A stretch of 31,381 nt of DNA, from positions 1 through 31,381 of IMG/VR virus record IMGVR_UViG_3300046000_001751. One strand, written 5' to 3'. The notes beneath the pieces are model-generated. The model saw nothing but the letters and a program-made list of their open reading frames with translations, had not been told where the DNA came from and made no database searches. Source of the DNA: a virus. Its lineage: Duplodnaviria > Caudoviricetes. How positions within the stretch are numbered: position 1 is the first letter of the stretch; each line of letters begins with the position of its first letter. A program made the translations under genes and the position numbers. Shown in pieces: positions 8,246 through 15,647 of this stretch.

Positions 8246-8614
8246 ATGTGCGATAAATACAATGGCTGGACAAACCGCGAAACGTGGGGGCTAGCGCTCC
8301 ACATTGACAACGACCAAGGGCTACAAGAAACCGCGAGCGAACTAATCGGTCAGGCATTCCTAGAGAACATTGACACCGAGAAAGAGGACGGCTGGCAAGA
8401 TGGGCTTTACGAGGCAGAGAAAGCCCTCGCGGATTGGGCGGATGACATCTTCTCGCCTGAGTATTGGGGGCAAGAGACTCTTTCGGCTGGTCTGCTCTCA
8501 ATGCTGAAAGATGTCGGCTCACTCTACCGCGTGAACTTCCGCGAGATTGCCGAGAGTTGGTTAGAGGATGAGATTCAAGGATTCAAGGACGGAAAGTATA
8601 AGGAAGAGGAATAA
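8246..8614 (+). CDS. Acidic early protein with YNGWTNxETW motif
   Basis: 122 aa, GGAAAGGG SD, N-terminal motif familiar from phage hypotheticals. Confidence 0.85.
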   Translation: MCDKYNGWTNRETWGLALHIDNDQGLQETASELIGQAFLENIDTEKEDGWQDGLYEAEKALADWADDIFSPEYWGQETLSAGLLSMLKDVGSLYRVNFREIAESWLEDEIQGFKDGKYKEEE

Positions 8615-8778
8615 TGGAACTTCAAGAGGTGGACACGCTCAAAGACCTTAAAGAATGGGTGGAGGAGAATATGCAAGGCGCGGAGGTTTACGAGGATATG
8701 TACGGCACGTTAGTAATTCGCACCAACCTAATCACCACTATGGGCGGTTACTTACACGAGAGAGAGGGCGAAGAATGA
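8614..8778 (+). CDS. Hypothetical protein (54 aa)
   Basis: MELQEVDTLKDLKEW...EREGEE, TAATG and ATGA coupling. Confidence 0.75.
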   Translation: MELQEVDTLKDLKEWVEENMQGAEVYEDMYGTLVIRTNLITTMGGYLHEREGEE

Positions 8779-8924
8779 TAGCGGTGGCAGTCTTTTGTGA
8801 GGGTTGCGAGAGAGAGATTGAAACAATGGCAACCTATGAAAGCTTTACAAACTCAGTAAGTTATGTGTGTGCAAATTGTGGAGAGACATCAACCGAGGGC
8901 AACTGGAAAGAGGAGGGCAAGTAA
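8775..8924 (+). CDS. Zn-ribbon microprotein (49 aa)
   Basis: CEGC...CANC. Start moved to the coupled ATG at 8775. Confidence 0.7.
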   Translation: MIAVAVFCEGCEREIETMATYESFTNSVSYVCANCGETSTEGNWKEEGK

Positions 8925-9103
8925 TGGATGACTTCGACAGAATGGTTTACGAGATTGAGATGAACGCTTGGCGCGAGTTAGGCGCACAAAGGGCGAAAGA
9001 GAGAGAAGAGGCTGAAGAAAGGCAAGGAATGAAAGATTATTGTAAAGATTGCGGTCAGGTTGAATGGTTTTGTATCTGCAAGAACGAGAGAGAGGGCAAG
9101 TAA
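8924..9103 (+). CDS. Microprotein with C-terminal CxxC...CxC (59 aa)
   Basis: MDDFDRMV...CKDCGQVEWFCIC, coupled. Confidence 0.7.
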   Translation: MDDFDRMVYEIEMNAWRELGAQRAKEREEAEERQGMKDYCKDCGQVEWFCICKNEREGK

Positions 9104-9324
9104 TGGCAACTTATTATGTATCAAATGAGAACGGCGACTGGTGGACGATTGACACCGCCACCGCGCAAGGAGATACCCTGTTCGTTATCAGCGAGGCAGA
9201 CCTAGCGCGAGCAGTTGCACAGGAAAACCCCGACGAAGATGAGATTGACATTGATGGGTTGGATAAGTTAGAAGATGTTATTCGTGAGTACGGTACGGCT
9301 CAGACTGTGGAGGTAATCGGATGA
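9103..9324 (+). CDS. Acidic hypothetical protein (73 aa)
   Basis: MATYYVSNENGDWW..., coupled start at 9103. Confidence 0.75.
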   Translation: MATYYVSNENGDWWTIDTATAQGDTLFVISEADLARAVAQENPDEDEIDIDGLDKLEDVIREYGTAQTVEVIG

Positions 9325-9488
9325 GTAACTTAACGCTAAGAGGTTGGGTTGTGCTGGTAATTATCCCAAGCTTTTTATTACTGGTAGGAATGTGGCAGGT
9401 GGCGAGCCACCTATGGTATGTAGGAGAGGGCGGCTGGCTTGGCTACTGCTGGGGGACAATGACTGAGTGCTACGAGGGAGGACTATAA
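9321..9488 (+). CDS. Small membrane protein (55 aa)
   Basis: MSNLTLRGWVVLVIIPSFLLLVGMW...GYCWGTMTEC. One TM segment, GGAGG SD. Confidence 0.75.
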   Translation: MSNLTLRGWVVLVIIPSFLLLVGMWQVASHLWYVGEGGWLGYCWGTMTECYEGGL

Positions 9489-9749
9489 ATGGAAATCAAG
9501 GGAGTAACAAAAGAACAGACCGCATACGATAAGCGGATTACATTTGAGAGAGAGGGCGTGGAGTACTCAGTACTCTTGCACTGGGATAGTTATGACGGCT
9601 ATGAATTGCACTTCTTGGATGGCAGAAACTTTATTGCTGACCCTGAGTGGGCTGTTCAATGGCAAGATTCTCAGCAGTATGGAGAAGAGAGCCTTGAATA
9701 CACGCTAGATAGTTTGACCGAGGAAGTATTGGAGGCTTCTTACCTATGA
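9489..9749 (+). CDS. Hypothetical protein (86 aa)
   Basis: GGAGG SD, in operon. Confidence 0.8.
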   Translation: MEIKGVTKEQTAYDKRITFEREGVEYSVLLHWDSYDGYELHFLDGRNFIADPEWAVQWQDSQQYGEESLEYTLDSLTEEVLEASYL

Positions 9750-9889
9750 AAGATAAGTGCAGGTTTTGTGGATTGCGTGGGCTAGTGCTGTCCACCATCA
9801 ATGCAGACTATTCGTGCGAGCATTGTGGAGAATGGCAAGAGGCTGTACTTAATAGCGCGTGGGAGGTAGTGGGCTATGAGCTACGGTAA
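9746..9889 (+). CDS. Zn-ribbon microprotein (47 aa)
   Basis: MKDKCRFCG...YSCEHCGEWQ. Confidence 0.7.
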   Translation: MKDKCRFCGLRGLVLSTINADYSCEHCGEWQEAVLNSAWEVVGYELR

Positions 9890-9995
9890 ATGTTGGGTCT
9901 GCGGTAGAGTAATGTCCGGCGATAGTCAGACGATTGAGGGCAAGGTTAAATGTGATGGCTGTGGCTGGGTATCAGGGAAGGATGGTAGTTACTAA
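9876..9995 (+). CDS. Zn-ribbon microprotein (39 aa)
   Basis: MSYGKCWVCG...KCDGCGWVSG, GGAGG SD. Confidence 0.7.
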   Translation: MSYGKCWVCGRVMSGDSQTIEGKVKCDGCGWVSGKDGSY

Positions 9996-10141
9996 TGGAA
10001 CTGAACGACCCAGTGTTTTATGATGATGCAATTTGGACACAGTGCAATACCTGTGATGAGTACTTTGATGAGAGCAAATACAACTCTCGCACCTGTGCAG
10101 TGTGCGAGGACAAAGAGATAAAGGGAGAGAGTAATGAGTAA
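9995..10141 (+). CDS. Zn-ribbon microprotein (48 aa)
   Basis: MELNDPVFYDD...CNTC...CAVC. Confidence 0.7.
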   Translation: MELNDPVFYDDAIWTQCNTCDEYFDESKYNSRTCAVCEDKEIKGESNE

Positions 10142-10256
10142 GTGTCCAACCTGTCACCGCTGGCAGGGCTATGAATGCCCTGTTAATTGTGGAGAGTTTA
10201 ATTCTGTTGGTGTATGTGAAAACTGTGGACTAAAACATAAAGGAGGAAGCAAGTGA
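10134..10256 (+). CDS. Cys-rich microprotein (40 aa)
   Basis: MSKCPTCHRWQGYECPVNCG...CENCG. Confidence 0.65.
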   Translation: MSKCPTCHRWQGYECPVNCGEFNSVGVCENCGLKHKGGSK

Positions 10257-10471
10257 ATAGAGAGTATTTACAGGCTAAGTTTGACCTGTGCATCAACCAA
10301 GCTGAGAAGGATTTACAGGAGCAGGAGATAGCGCGAGCTATCAAGAACCTACAGCGTGCCAACAGTGCTATGTCTCGCCTGTTTGATTTAGAGGAGGAGG
10401 TTATCTGTACTTTCTGTAACGATAACTCTAAGTCCTGCCGTGCTTGTGATGACAGTTATGAGGGAGAGTAA
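10253..10471 (+). CDS. Helical protein with C-terminal CxxC...CxxC
   Basis: 72 aa, AGGAGG SD, GTGA overlap. Confidence 0.75.
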   Translation: MNREYLQAKFDLCINQAEKDLQEQEIARAIKNLQRANSAMSRLFDLEEEVICTFCNDNSKSCRACDDSYEGE

Positions 10472-10722
10472 TGAGTAACATCTACACCATACACCCACCT
10501 AAGTCAGACTTGATTCTATTCTATGAAGTGGTAGAGCCTGACAACGGCATACGCTGGGGCGGAGGAGATGTTAAGTCTGCTATCCAGTGGCTATACCTAG
10601 CCCCTGTTGGCAGTCGTATACTAGTCTCAGCGTGGGATAGTGACGAAGAGGATGCCCACTTAGTGGGTCAGAGCATTGACATAACCGAGCTGGTTCAGCA
10701 CGCGAGGGAGGTAGGACTATGA
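10471..10722 (+). CDS. Hypothetical protein (83 aa)
   Basis: Coupled, in operon. Confidence 0.8.
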   Translation: MSNIYTIHPPKSDLILFYEVVEPDNGIRWGGGDVKSAIQWLYLAPVGSRILVSAWDSDEEDAHLVGQSIDITELVQHAREVGL

Positions 10723-10802
10723 CCTATGTATTAGGTTTGCTCGTGGTGATGCTGATAGCATACGCCTTGATAGTGTGGGAGGACAAGATAAATGGAGAGT
10801 AA
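10719..10802 (+). CDS. Single-TM microprotein (27 aa)
   Basis: MTYVLGLLVVMLIAYALIVWEDKINGE, GGAGG SD, ATGA overlap. Confidence 0.65.
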   Translation: MTYVLGLLVVMLIAYALIVWEDKINGE

Positions 10803-11079
10803 ACAAGTAAGCGGTAAGCAATCTATTCACTACCGCAACTATCGTAGAGCGAGAGACCGTGCGCTAGTGCGCCTTGCTCACCTGTACCCCGACGATTACA
10901 AGCTGCTGCTTGTGGAAGAGAGAAAGTCAGATGAGCAACAAGGCAAAACTTGGATTGGTGTTACTGATAATACCCGCCTTACTATTACTACACACACACG
11001 GGCGAACGCCGTCCCTACACTTGCCTCACATACCAGTGATGGAAGCGAGAACGAAGGCAACAATGGAGGAGAAGCGTGA
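10792..11079 (+). CDS. Basic hypothetical protein
   Basis: GGAGG SD, YRNYRRARDRALVRLA segment. The 3' half overlaps the SLT gene. Confidence 0.65.
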   Translation: MESKQVSGKQSIHYRNYRRARDRALVRLAHLYPDDYKLLLVEERKSDEQQGKTWIGVTDNTRLTITTHTRANAVPTLASHTSDGSENEGNNGGEA

Positions 11080-11350
11080 GAACAAGGCACTTATCATTAG
11101 TTACCTCAACGCACTCGGTTACAACGACAACCACATCCAATGTGCTATCACCTTATGGACCCGTGAGAGCCGGCTTGACCACCTCGCGGACAACCCAAGA
11201 AGCACAGCTTACGGAATTGCTCAGCTCCTTAGAGAACGTAGTAGCCAACCTGAACTCCAAATCCTCCACGCTGTGCGATACGTTGAGCACCGCTATTCTG
11301 GGAGTTTCTGCCGTGCTCTCCGCCACTCCGACAGGGTCGGCTGGTATTGA
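10931..11350 (+). CDS. Membrane-anchored or secreted SLT/lysozyme-like transglycosylase
   Basis: N-terminal hydrophobic segment, LWTRES (catalytic Glu), STAYGIAQLL, Y-x3-RY and terminal GWY. Confidence 0.85.
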   Translation: MSNKAKLGLVLLIIPALLLLHTHGRTPSLHLPHIPVMEARTKATMEEKRENKALIISYLNALGYNDNHIQCAITLWTRESRLDHLADNPRSTAYGIAQLLRERSSQPELQILHAVRYVEHRYSGSFCRALRHSDRVGWY

Positions 11351-11439
11351 CCAGACCTGTGATGACTGCGGTGGCGACTTAGTGGCAGAGGGAGAGAGTA
11401 AATGTTTGGATTGTTTAGAAGCTATGCTATAGTTTCGAT

Positions 11440-11513
11440 AGAAGGTTTCTAACCCTTTCCTTCTTCGAGCGGAAGACCCCATCAGTAACGGGAACTGGTG
11501 GGGTTTTCTATTT
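11440..11513 (+). ncRNA. Candidate sRNA with an anti-SD loop
   Basis: Extended -10 TGcTATAGT (11425-11433), hairpin AGAAGG/CCTTCT with a pyrimidine loop, followed by an intrinsic terminator. Confidence 0.55.
11472..11513 (+). terminator. Intrinsic terminator of the early operon
   Basis: GAAGACCCCATCAGT-7 nt-ACTGGTGGGGTTTTC, then TATTT. Confidence 0.8.
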
Positions 11514-11521
11514 GCAAAGAC

Positions 11522-11587
11522 AAAAAGCCCTAGCCATTAAAGACTAGAGCTTGTTGCCAGCACTCAACAGGCGGGCGCCTGCCTCGT
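11522..11587 (-). ncRNA. Candidate CGAGGCA sRNA 1, ending in an intrinsic terminator
   Basis: TATAAT (11594-99), taaact, A-CGAGGCA..., hairpin GCTCTAGTC/GGCTAGGGC, then T5. Confidence 0.55.
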
Positions 11588-11594
11588 AGTTTAA

Positions 11595-12179
11595 TTATAG
11601 CTTACGCAACCACACTTGTGAATTGATAGCAAGGGTTTCATACTTACCTGCGTGTCGGTCTAGGAACATAGAGATACCTAGCTTGGGTGCGTGTATCTCC
11701 AACCCATCAGGGTGTGTCCACTCGTAATCATCAATAGCAAGTATGCCGCCTGACTTGAGAAGATCCCAGCTCAGCTCTGAATCTAATAGAGCAGAAGCAC
11801 TGGTGTGGTGTGCATCAACGTAGACAAAGTCAAAGCTGTATAACCTATTGCGTTGCTTTAATAAAAACTCTTGCGTTGTGGTGCGGAAGTGACCCACGTT
11901 ATCGTATGCCTTGACCTTATCAAGATAGGTAGAGTAGACATCTGAGAAGTCCATCTCTTCCTGGATAGGTTCATTAGGCGCACCTTCCCACGTATCTACA
12001 TCAGTCAGGGTAGAACCTTCGCCAGTTAATACGTTCTGCAATAGCCAAAGGCTAGCATCACCGGTGAATGCACCAAGCTGTAAGTAACTCAGCTCAGGCT
12101 TATCAGCTTCGCCTAATAGAAAGTGCTCGAAGTTATACTGAGCAATCTCTTTGAACCAGTTGGGATACTTAACCGCCAT
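11595..12179 (-). CDS. Class I SAM-dependent methyltransferase (Methyltransf_24-like)
   Basis: LQLGAFTG motif I, VDTW, FDFVYVDAHH, LKSGGILAIDDY. Start MAVKYP with GGAGG SD. Confidence 0.85.
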   Translation of the reverse strand: MAVKYPNWFKEIAQYNFEHFLLGEADKPELSYLQLGAFTGDASLWLLQNVLTGEGSTLTDVDTWEGAPNEPIQEEMDFSDVYSTYLDKVKAYDNVGHFRTTTQEFLLKQRNRLYSFDFVYVDAHHTSASALLDSELSWDLLKSGGILAIDDYEWTHPDGLEIHAPKLGISMFLDRHAGKYETLAINSQVWLRKL

Positions 12180-12342
12180 TGGAGTAGAACCCTCCGCCCT
12201 TGAACTGAATAGATGGCGCATCATAGATACGGTTCATAGTTAGGTGACACGGCACGCAAGCAGGTGGCTTGGGTGTCTCGTGGATACTGCGCTCAACGGA
12301 CAGTACTGCTGCACACTGTGGACACTTGTAGTCATAGATCAT
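12169..12342 (-). CDS. FmdB-family zinc-ribbon protein (57 aa)
   Basis: MIYDYKCPQC...CVPC...MNRIYDAPSIQFKGGGFYS. Not in the ORF track. Confidence 0.85.
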   Translation of the reverse strand: MIYDYKCPQCAAVLSVERSIHETPKPPACVPCHLTMNRIYDAPSIQFKGGGFYSNGG

Positions 12343-12565
12343 CTCTACGTTCCTTTCGCACTAGCTTAGCGCCAACGACGCTTGGTGCTTTCTCTTTGAT
12401 TAACTTCTCTACCTCGTGAGACTCATAGCCATACATCATACAAAACATAGCAGTTCTATAAGCCCAAAGACTTTGTAATTGTTTTGCTTCATACATCAAC
12501 TGAATTAACTCGTTAAGCTCTTTGTCTTCCTCGTTAATGTTTTCAATTAGTTTGTCTACGTTCAC
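12332..12565 (-). CDS. Hypothetical protein
   Basis: 77 aa, GTGA coupling. Confidence 0.65.
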   Translation of the reverse strand: MNVDKLIENINEEDKELNELIQLMYEAKQLQSLWAYRTAMFCMMYGYESHEVEKLIKEKAPSVVGAKLVRKERRDDL

Positions 12566-12945
12566 AACTGCACCGCCTCATCAATCGGTAAGTAGCCTAC
12601 TAATTTATCAATCTTATTGTTGCGTGAGAACTCAGTAGTCGCTGGCATCCTATGCGTTAGCCACTCAGGTTCAGGTACATCCATCAGGTCAAAAGAAAAG
12701 ACACCTTTCGGTGTCGAGTTGATGTAGAACGGGATGAGATCTCGCTCAGCAGCCTGCGTTATCAGCTTGCGATACTTCATCTCTTCAATCAGCAAGGTAT
12801 CGTAGTGAGTGTAACGACACTTCAACTCTATGTAATGACCTGCAACAGTACTGATGCAGTCAAAGGCATCATAGATGCCAGGTGCCTTCTCTAAATCTGG
12901 ATACAAACTAGACTTTAAGTAGTCGAACAGGTCTTGTTCTTTCAT
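12562..12945 (-). CDS. PD-(D/E)XK nuclease-like protein
   Basis: E...FD...IELKCR pattern, ATGA overlap with the sigma gene. Confidence 0.65.
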   Translation of the reverse strand: MKEQDLFDYLKSSLYPDLEKAPGIYDAFDCISTVAGHYIELKCRYTHYDTLLIEEMKYRKLITQAAERDLIPFYINSTPKGVFSFDLMDVPEPEWLTHRMPATTEFSRNNKIDKLVGYLPIDEAVQL

Positions 12946-13574
12946 TGCCACGGACTCTGCCCTCCGAGCTGTTCAATCAACTTACGCATAGCGTTGTTGC
13001 ATCTGCGATCTGCTGTTGATACTGCACACTCCATCACCGCTGCAATCTGTTGCAGGGTAGCGCTCTCGTGGTGGCGCAGGCGTAGTAACTTCTGCTCATC
13101 TGCATCTAGCGATAAGTACCCACGCTTGATGTCAATGAGAGTAGCAAGTAGGTTGCCACCTTCTGCTGGACTGGACTTACCTTTAGGTTGTCCATCCTGC
13201 ACCATTTGTTGTACCTGTTCTAATACTGTGCCATCTATGACTGATGCAATAACAAAGGGTAGTAACTGTCCGATACCAGCTGACTCGTAGTAAGCCTCAT
13301 CTGTAGTCTGATAGCCAGACTTAGATGCCTTCTCTTTGCGTGCATAACGTTCTGCTACACGCCTCATCTGGTATGCAATGCGCTGCTCGTTGTGCTTGCG
13401 ACGCTCTTCGTTAGGTTCATTCAACTGCTCAGTGATGTAAGCGTTGCGTGTCATAGCCCAAGCCATACACTCTTGCTTGATGTCATCACGTTCGACGTAG
13501 TTCTTATACCTGCGGTAGATAGTTCCTGCTACCGAAGGTGCTAAGTCGTAGACGACTGGATGTAGTTCAGTCAT
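12942..13574 (-). CDS. Phage sigma-70-family factor
   Basis: Region 2-like ERDDIKQE, region 4 HTH TLQQIAAVMECAVSTADRR. Confidence 0.8.
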   Translation of the reverse strand: MTELHPVVYDLAPSVAGTIYRRYKNYVERDDIKQECMAWAMTRNAYITEQLNEPNEERRKHNEQRIAYQMRRVAERYARKEKASKSGYQTTDEAYYESAGIGQLLPFVIASVIDGTVLEQVQQMVQDGQPKGKSSPAEGGNLLATLIDIKRGYLSLDADEQKLLRLRHHESATLQQIAAVMECAVSTADRRCNNAMRKLIEQLGGQSPWQ

Positions 13575-13956
13575 TTACTTCTGGCCACACACCATCTAGC
13601 ACCATCATTGCGATAGCTGAGTAGTTCAATAAGTCTAAGAAGGAATCACGCAATGACTCGTTGCTGGGTTGTACACCGCTATCAAGTAAGTTATTGATGC
13701 GAGCTATCTTGTCCCACATACGTACACGCAAACCATTAAGTGGTCCACCTGGTGAGTGAGCAATGTTCTTTGGGCCGTAGTCGTGATGCTTACGCACCAG
13801 TAAGTTACCAGCCTGATCCATAATACGCCAGACATCTGCAATGAAGGCCTCGTCTACCTTGCCGGGGTCGGACGCACTAACAAAGTCTCGGTTTCCATAT
13901 TGATCTCTAGGATCTGAAAGCCCATATGCTGCAAAATCTGTACCATCTGTGACCAT
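13567..13956 (-). CDS. Nmad1/DUF1599-like protein
   Basis: KHHDYG...GLRVRMWDKIARINNL...ESLRDSFLDLLNY. Confidence 0.8.
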   Translation of the reverse strand: MVTDGTDFAAYGLSDPRDQYGNRDFVSASDPGKVDEAFIADVWRIMDQAGNLLVRKHHDYGPKNIAHSPGGPLNGLRVRMWDKIARINNLLDSGVQPSNESLRDSFLDLLNYSAIAMMVLDGVWPEVND

Positions 13957-13962
13957 TCAGCC

Positions 13963-14613
13963 TTATCCAATCTGCTCACCTACTAGCAAAGCACGTGTGG
14001 CATCTGCCCCGTGTGCTAGGTAGTAGTCATTGATGTCCATACCTGGTGGTAGTGTAACAATAACTGAGTTCATTACCTCATTAGCCACGCGCTTAGCAAA
14101 CTCAGCACCAGGGTTGGACCCATCCTCTTTGATGTCGTTGTCTCCGACAACATAGATAGTTTCGTAACCATTAAATAGTTTTGGAAAGTGTGGCTTCCAA
14201 GCAGCTACACCTGGCACACCGACAGCTGGGATGCCAAGCACACCGCTAGTAATGACAGCATCTAGTTCACCCTCGCACACAACGATGTGTGGTGAGTCAA
14301 TGGTGATGTCGCATACGTTATACAGGTGTGCCTTCTGCCCTGTAGGTGAGCCGTACTTAGGCTTGCCATCATCTATGCGCCTGAACTTAAAGCCCACGCA
14401 ACTACCACTGGCAGTGATGTATGGAATAGACAGCCAACCCTCGTGCATCTCGTGTCCATTGTGTGGCTCGGTAACTGTACCTAGTTGAAACTTAGCTGCA
14501 ACTAATTCAGATATCCCACGTGCGGCTAGCACGTCTAGCACCTCTGGACTTATTGCCTGTGCGTATCGCTGCGCCGCTTCCAGCAGCAATTTCGACTGCA
14601 CGTTTGAGGCCAT
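13963..14613 (-). CDS. DNA primase, TOPRIM part
   Basis: LSIPY, KFRRI, PKY, VCEGELD, VGDND, DIND. Confidence 0.9.
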   Translation of the reverse strand: MASNVQSKLLLEAAQRYAQAISPEVLDVLAARGISELVAAKFQLGTVTEPHNGHEMHEGWLSIPYITASGSCVGFKFRRIDDGKPKYGSPTGQKAHLYNVCDITIDSPHIVVCEGELDAVITSGVLGIPAVGVPGVAAWKPHFPKLFNGYETIYVVGDNDIKEDGSNPGAEFAKRVANEVMNSVIVTLPPGMDINDYYLAHGADATRALLVGEQIG

Positions 14614-14875
14614 CTATAAACTCCAAGTTCTCTAGGATGCAGACTATGTTGACTGCATTGCCACCCTTACCACAGGTTTGACAGTAGTAAAGGTTGGTAT
14701 CTACGTTCATTGAGGCAGATCTATGTGAGTCATTGTGCATCAAGCACTTGACTCTTATCTCACCGGTGCCACCTCTTGTTTCACCGCCGAAGAAACTTAC
14801 GATTGGTTCTATTGGGATGCTGTTAGCTTGGACTCGGTTACCCTTGTGTGTCCTGGACCAGTCTTGTGTTGACAT
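14507..14875 (-). CDS. DNA primase zinc-binding (CHC2) part
   Basis: CLMHNDSHRS...YYCQTCG. Confidence 0.85.
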   Translation of the reverse strand: MSTQDWSRTHKGNRVQANSIPIEPIVSFFGGETRGGTGEIRVKCLMHNDSHRSASMNVDTNLYYCQTCGKGGNAVNIVCILENLEFIDGLKRAVEIAAGSGAAIRTGNKSRGARRASRTWDI

Positions 14876-14976
14876 ACGCACCCCTTGAAGTCGCACTTAC
14901 CGTGCCAATGGGAGGCACGCTTGAAGTGACTAGCTCTGTTCTCTGCTCCACCCTTAAGACAGTTCTGACAAATCAT
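14809..14976 (-). CDS. Cys/His-rich small protein (55 aa)
   Basis: MICQNC...HGKCDFKGCVCQH, ATGA coupling. Confidence 0.7.
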   Translation of the reverse strand: MICQNCLKGGAENRASHFKRASHWHGKCDFKGCVCQHKTGPGHTRVTESKLTASQ

Positions 14977-15194
14977 TCTGTATCCCATCCATCATAGATG
15001 CCTTCTTGTACAGGCTTCTGTTCTACCTTCTCAAATGCTTCAATGAAATCTGAATAGGAAAGTCTGATCCAAGATGAAGTGTTTTCAAACCCAGTAAAAG
15101 ATAGAGTAACAACGTACTCGCCTGCATCGTTCCATCCATCTCTTACATCAATCTCTTGCCCAGTGACTTTACTCCGCCACTTTGACATCTTCAT
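14973..15194 (-). CDS. Hypothetical protein
   Basis: MKMSKWRSKVTGQEIDV..., GAGG SD. Confidence 0.65.
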   Translation of the reverse strand: MKMSKWRSKVTGQEIDVRDGWNDAGEYVVTLSFTGFENTSSWIRLSYSDFIEAFEKVEQKPVQEGIYDGWDTE

Positions 15195-15297
15195 CTTCCA
15201 CCTCTTCAACTACTTCTTCAACTACCTCTGGTAGTTCCTGCTCAACTGGCGCTTGCCAGATCTCTGTTGTTGTAATTTCTCCACCTGGTACTGGCAT
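15169..15297 (-). CDS. Acidic microprotein (42 aa)
   Basis: MPVPGGEITTTEIW...EEVVEEVEDEDVKVAE, AAGGAG SD, TAATG coupling. Confidence 0.7.
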   Translation of the reverse strand: MPVPGGEITTTEIWQAPVEQELPEVVEEVVEEVEDEDVKVAE

Positions 15298-15647
15298 TAT
15301 TTTTTCTCCTTTAACCATTGATTTAAGTTTTGTATTACCCAAGCATCTTCGATGCTAGCGTTGCGACGCTTAACTACAACGTAGGAAAGAGGCACTTCCC
15401 CAAGACCTCTAGCCTTTGCGTAGTTAAGCGCCTCAACTTGCGCTTCTCTCCAGAACTCTGGAAAGTTTAATTGCTTTCTGTTCTTTAATTCAAGGATGTA
15501 GGTTTCTCCAGATATGATAACAACCATATCTCCCTCATCCTTTGCCCCAGCTTTTGTCAAACGTTCTGCCATAACTCCCGCACCGCGTAGCCATTTCATA
15601 ACATCTGTCTCAAACTGAGAACCCTTGCGTCCGTTCTTATTTGCCAT
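15297..15647 (-). CDS. Holliday junction resolvase (Hjc-like)
   Basis: RKGSQFE...DEGD...LELKN. Confidence 0.85.
   Translation of the reverse strand: MANKNGRKGSQFETDVMKWLRGAGVMAERLTKAGAKDEGDMVVIISGETYILELKNRKQLNFPEFWREAQVEALNYAKARGLGEVPLSYVVVKRRNASIEDAWVIQNLNQWLKEKK

Noticed and set aside
7889-8522. Minus-strand ORFs of 102 and 123 aa
   Set aside because: Antisense to coupled + strand genes and the ribozyme.
11402-11452. 16-codon ORF MFGLFRSYAIVSIEGF after a junction-like motif
   Set aside because: Too short to support, and it overlaps the candidate sRNA promoter.
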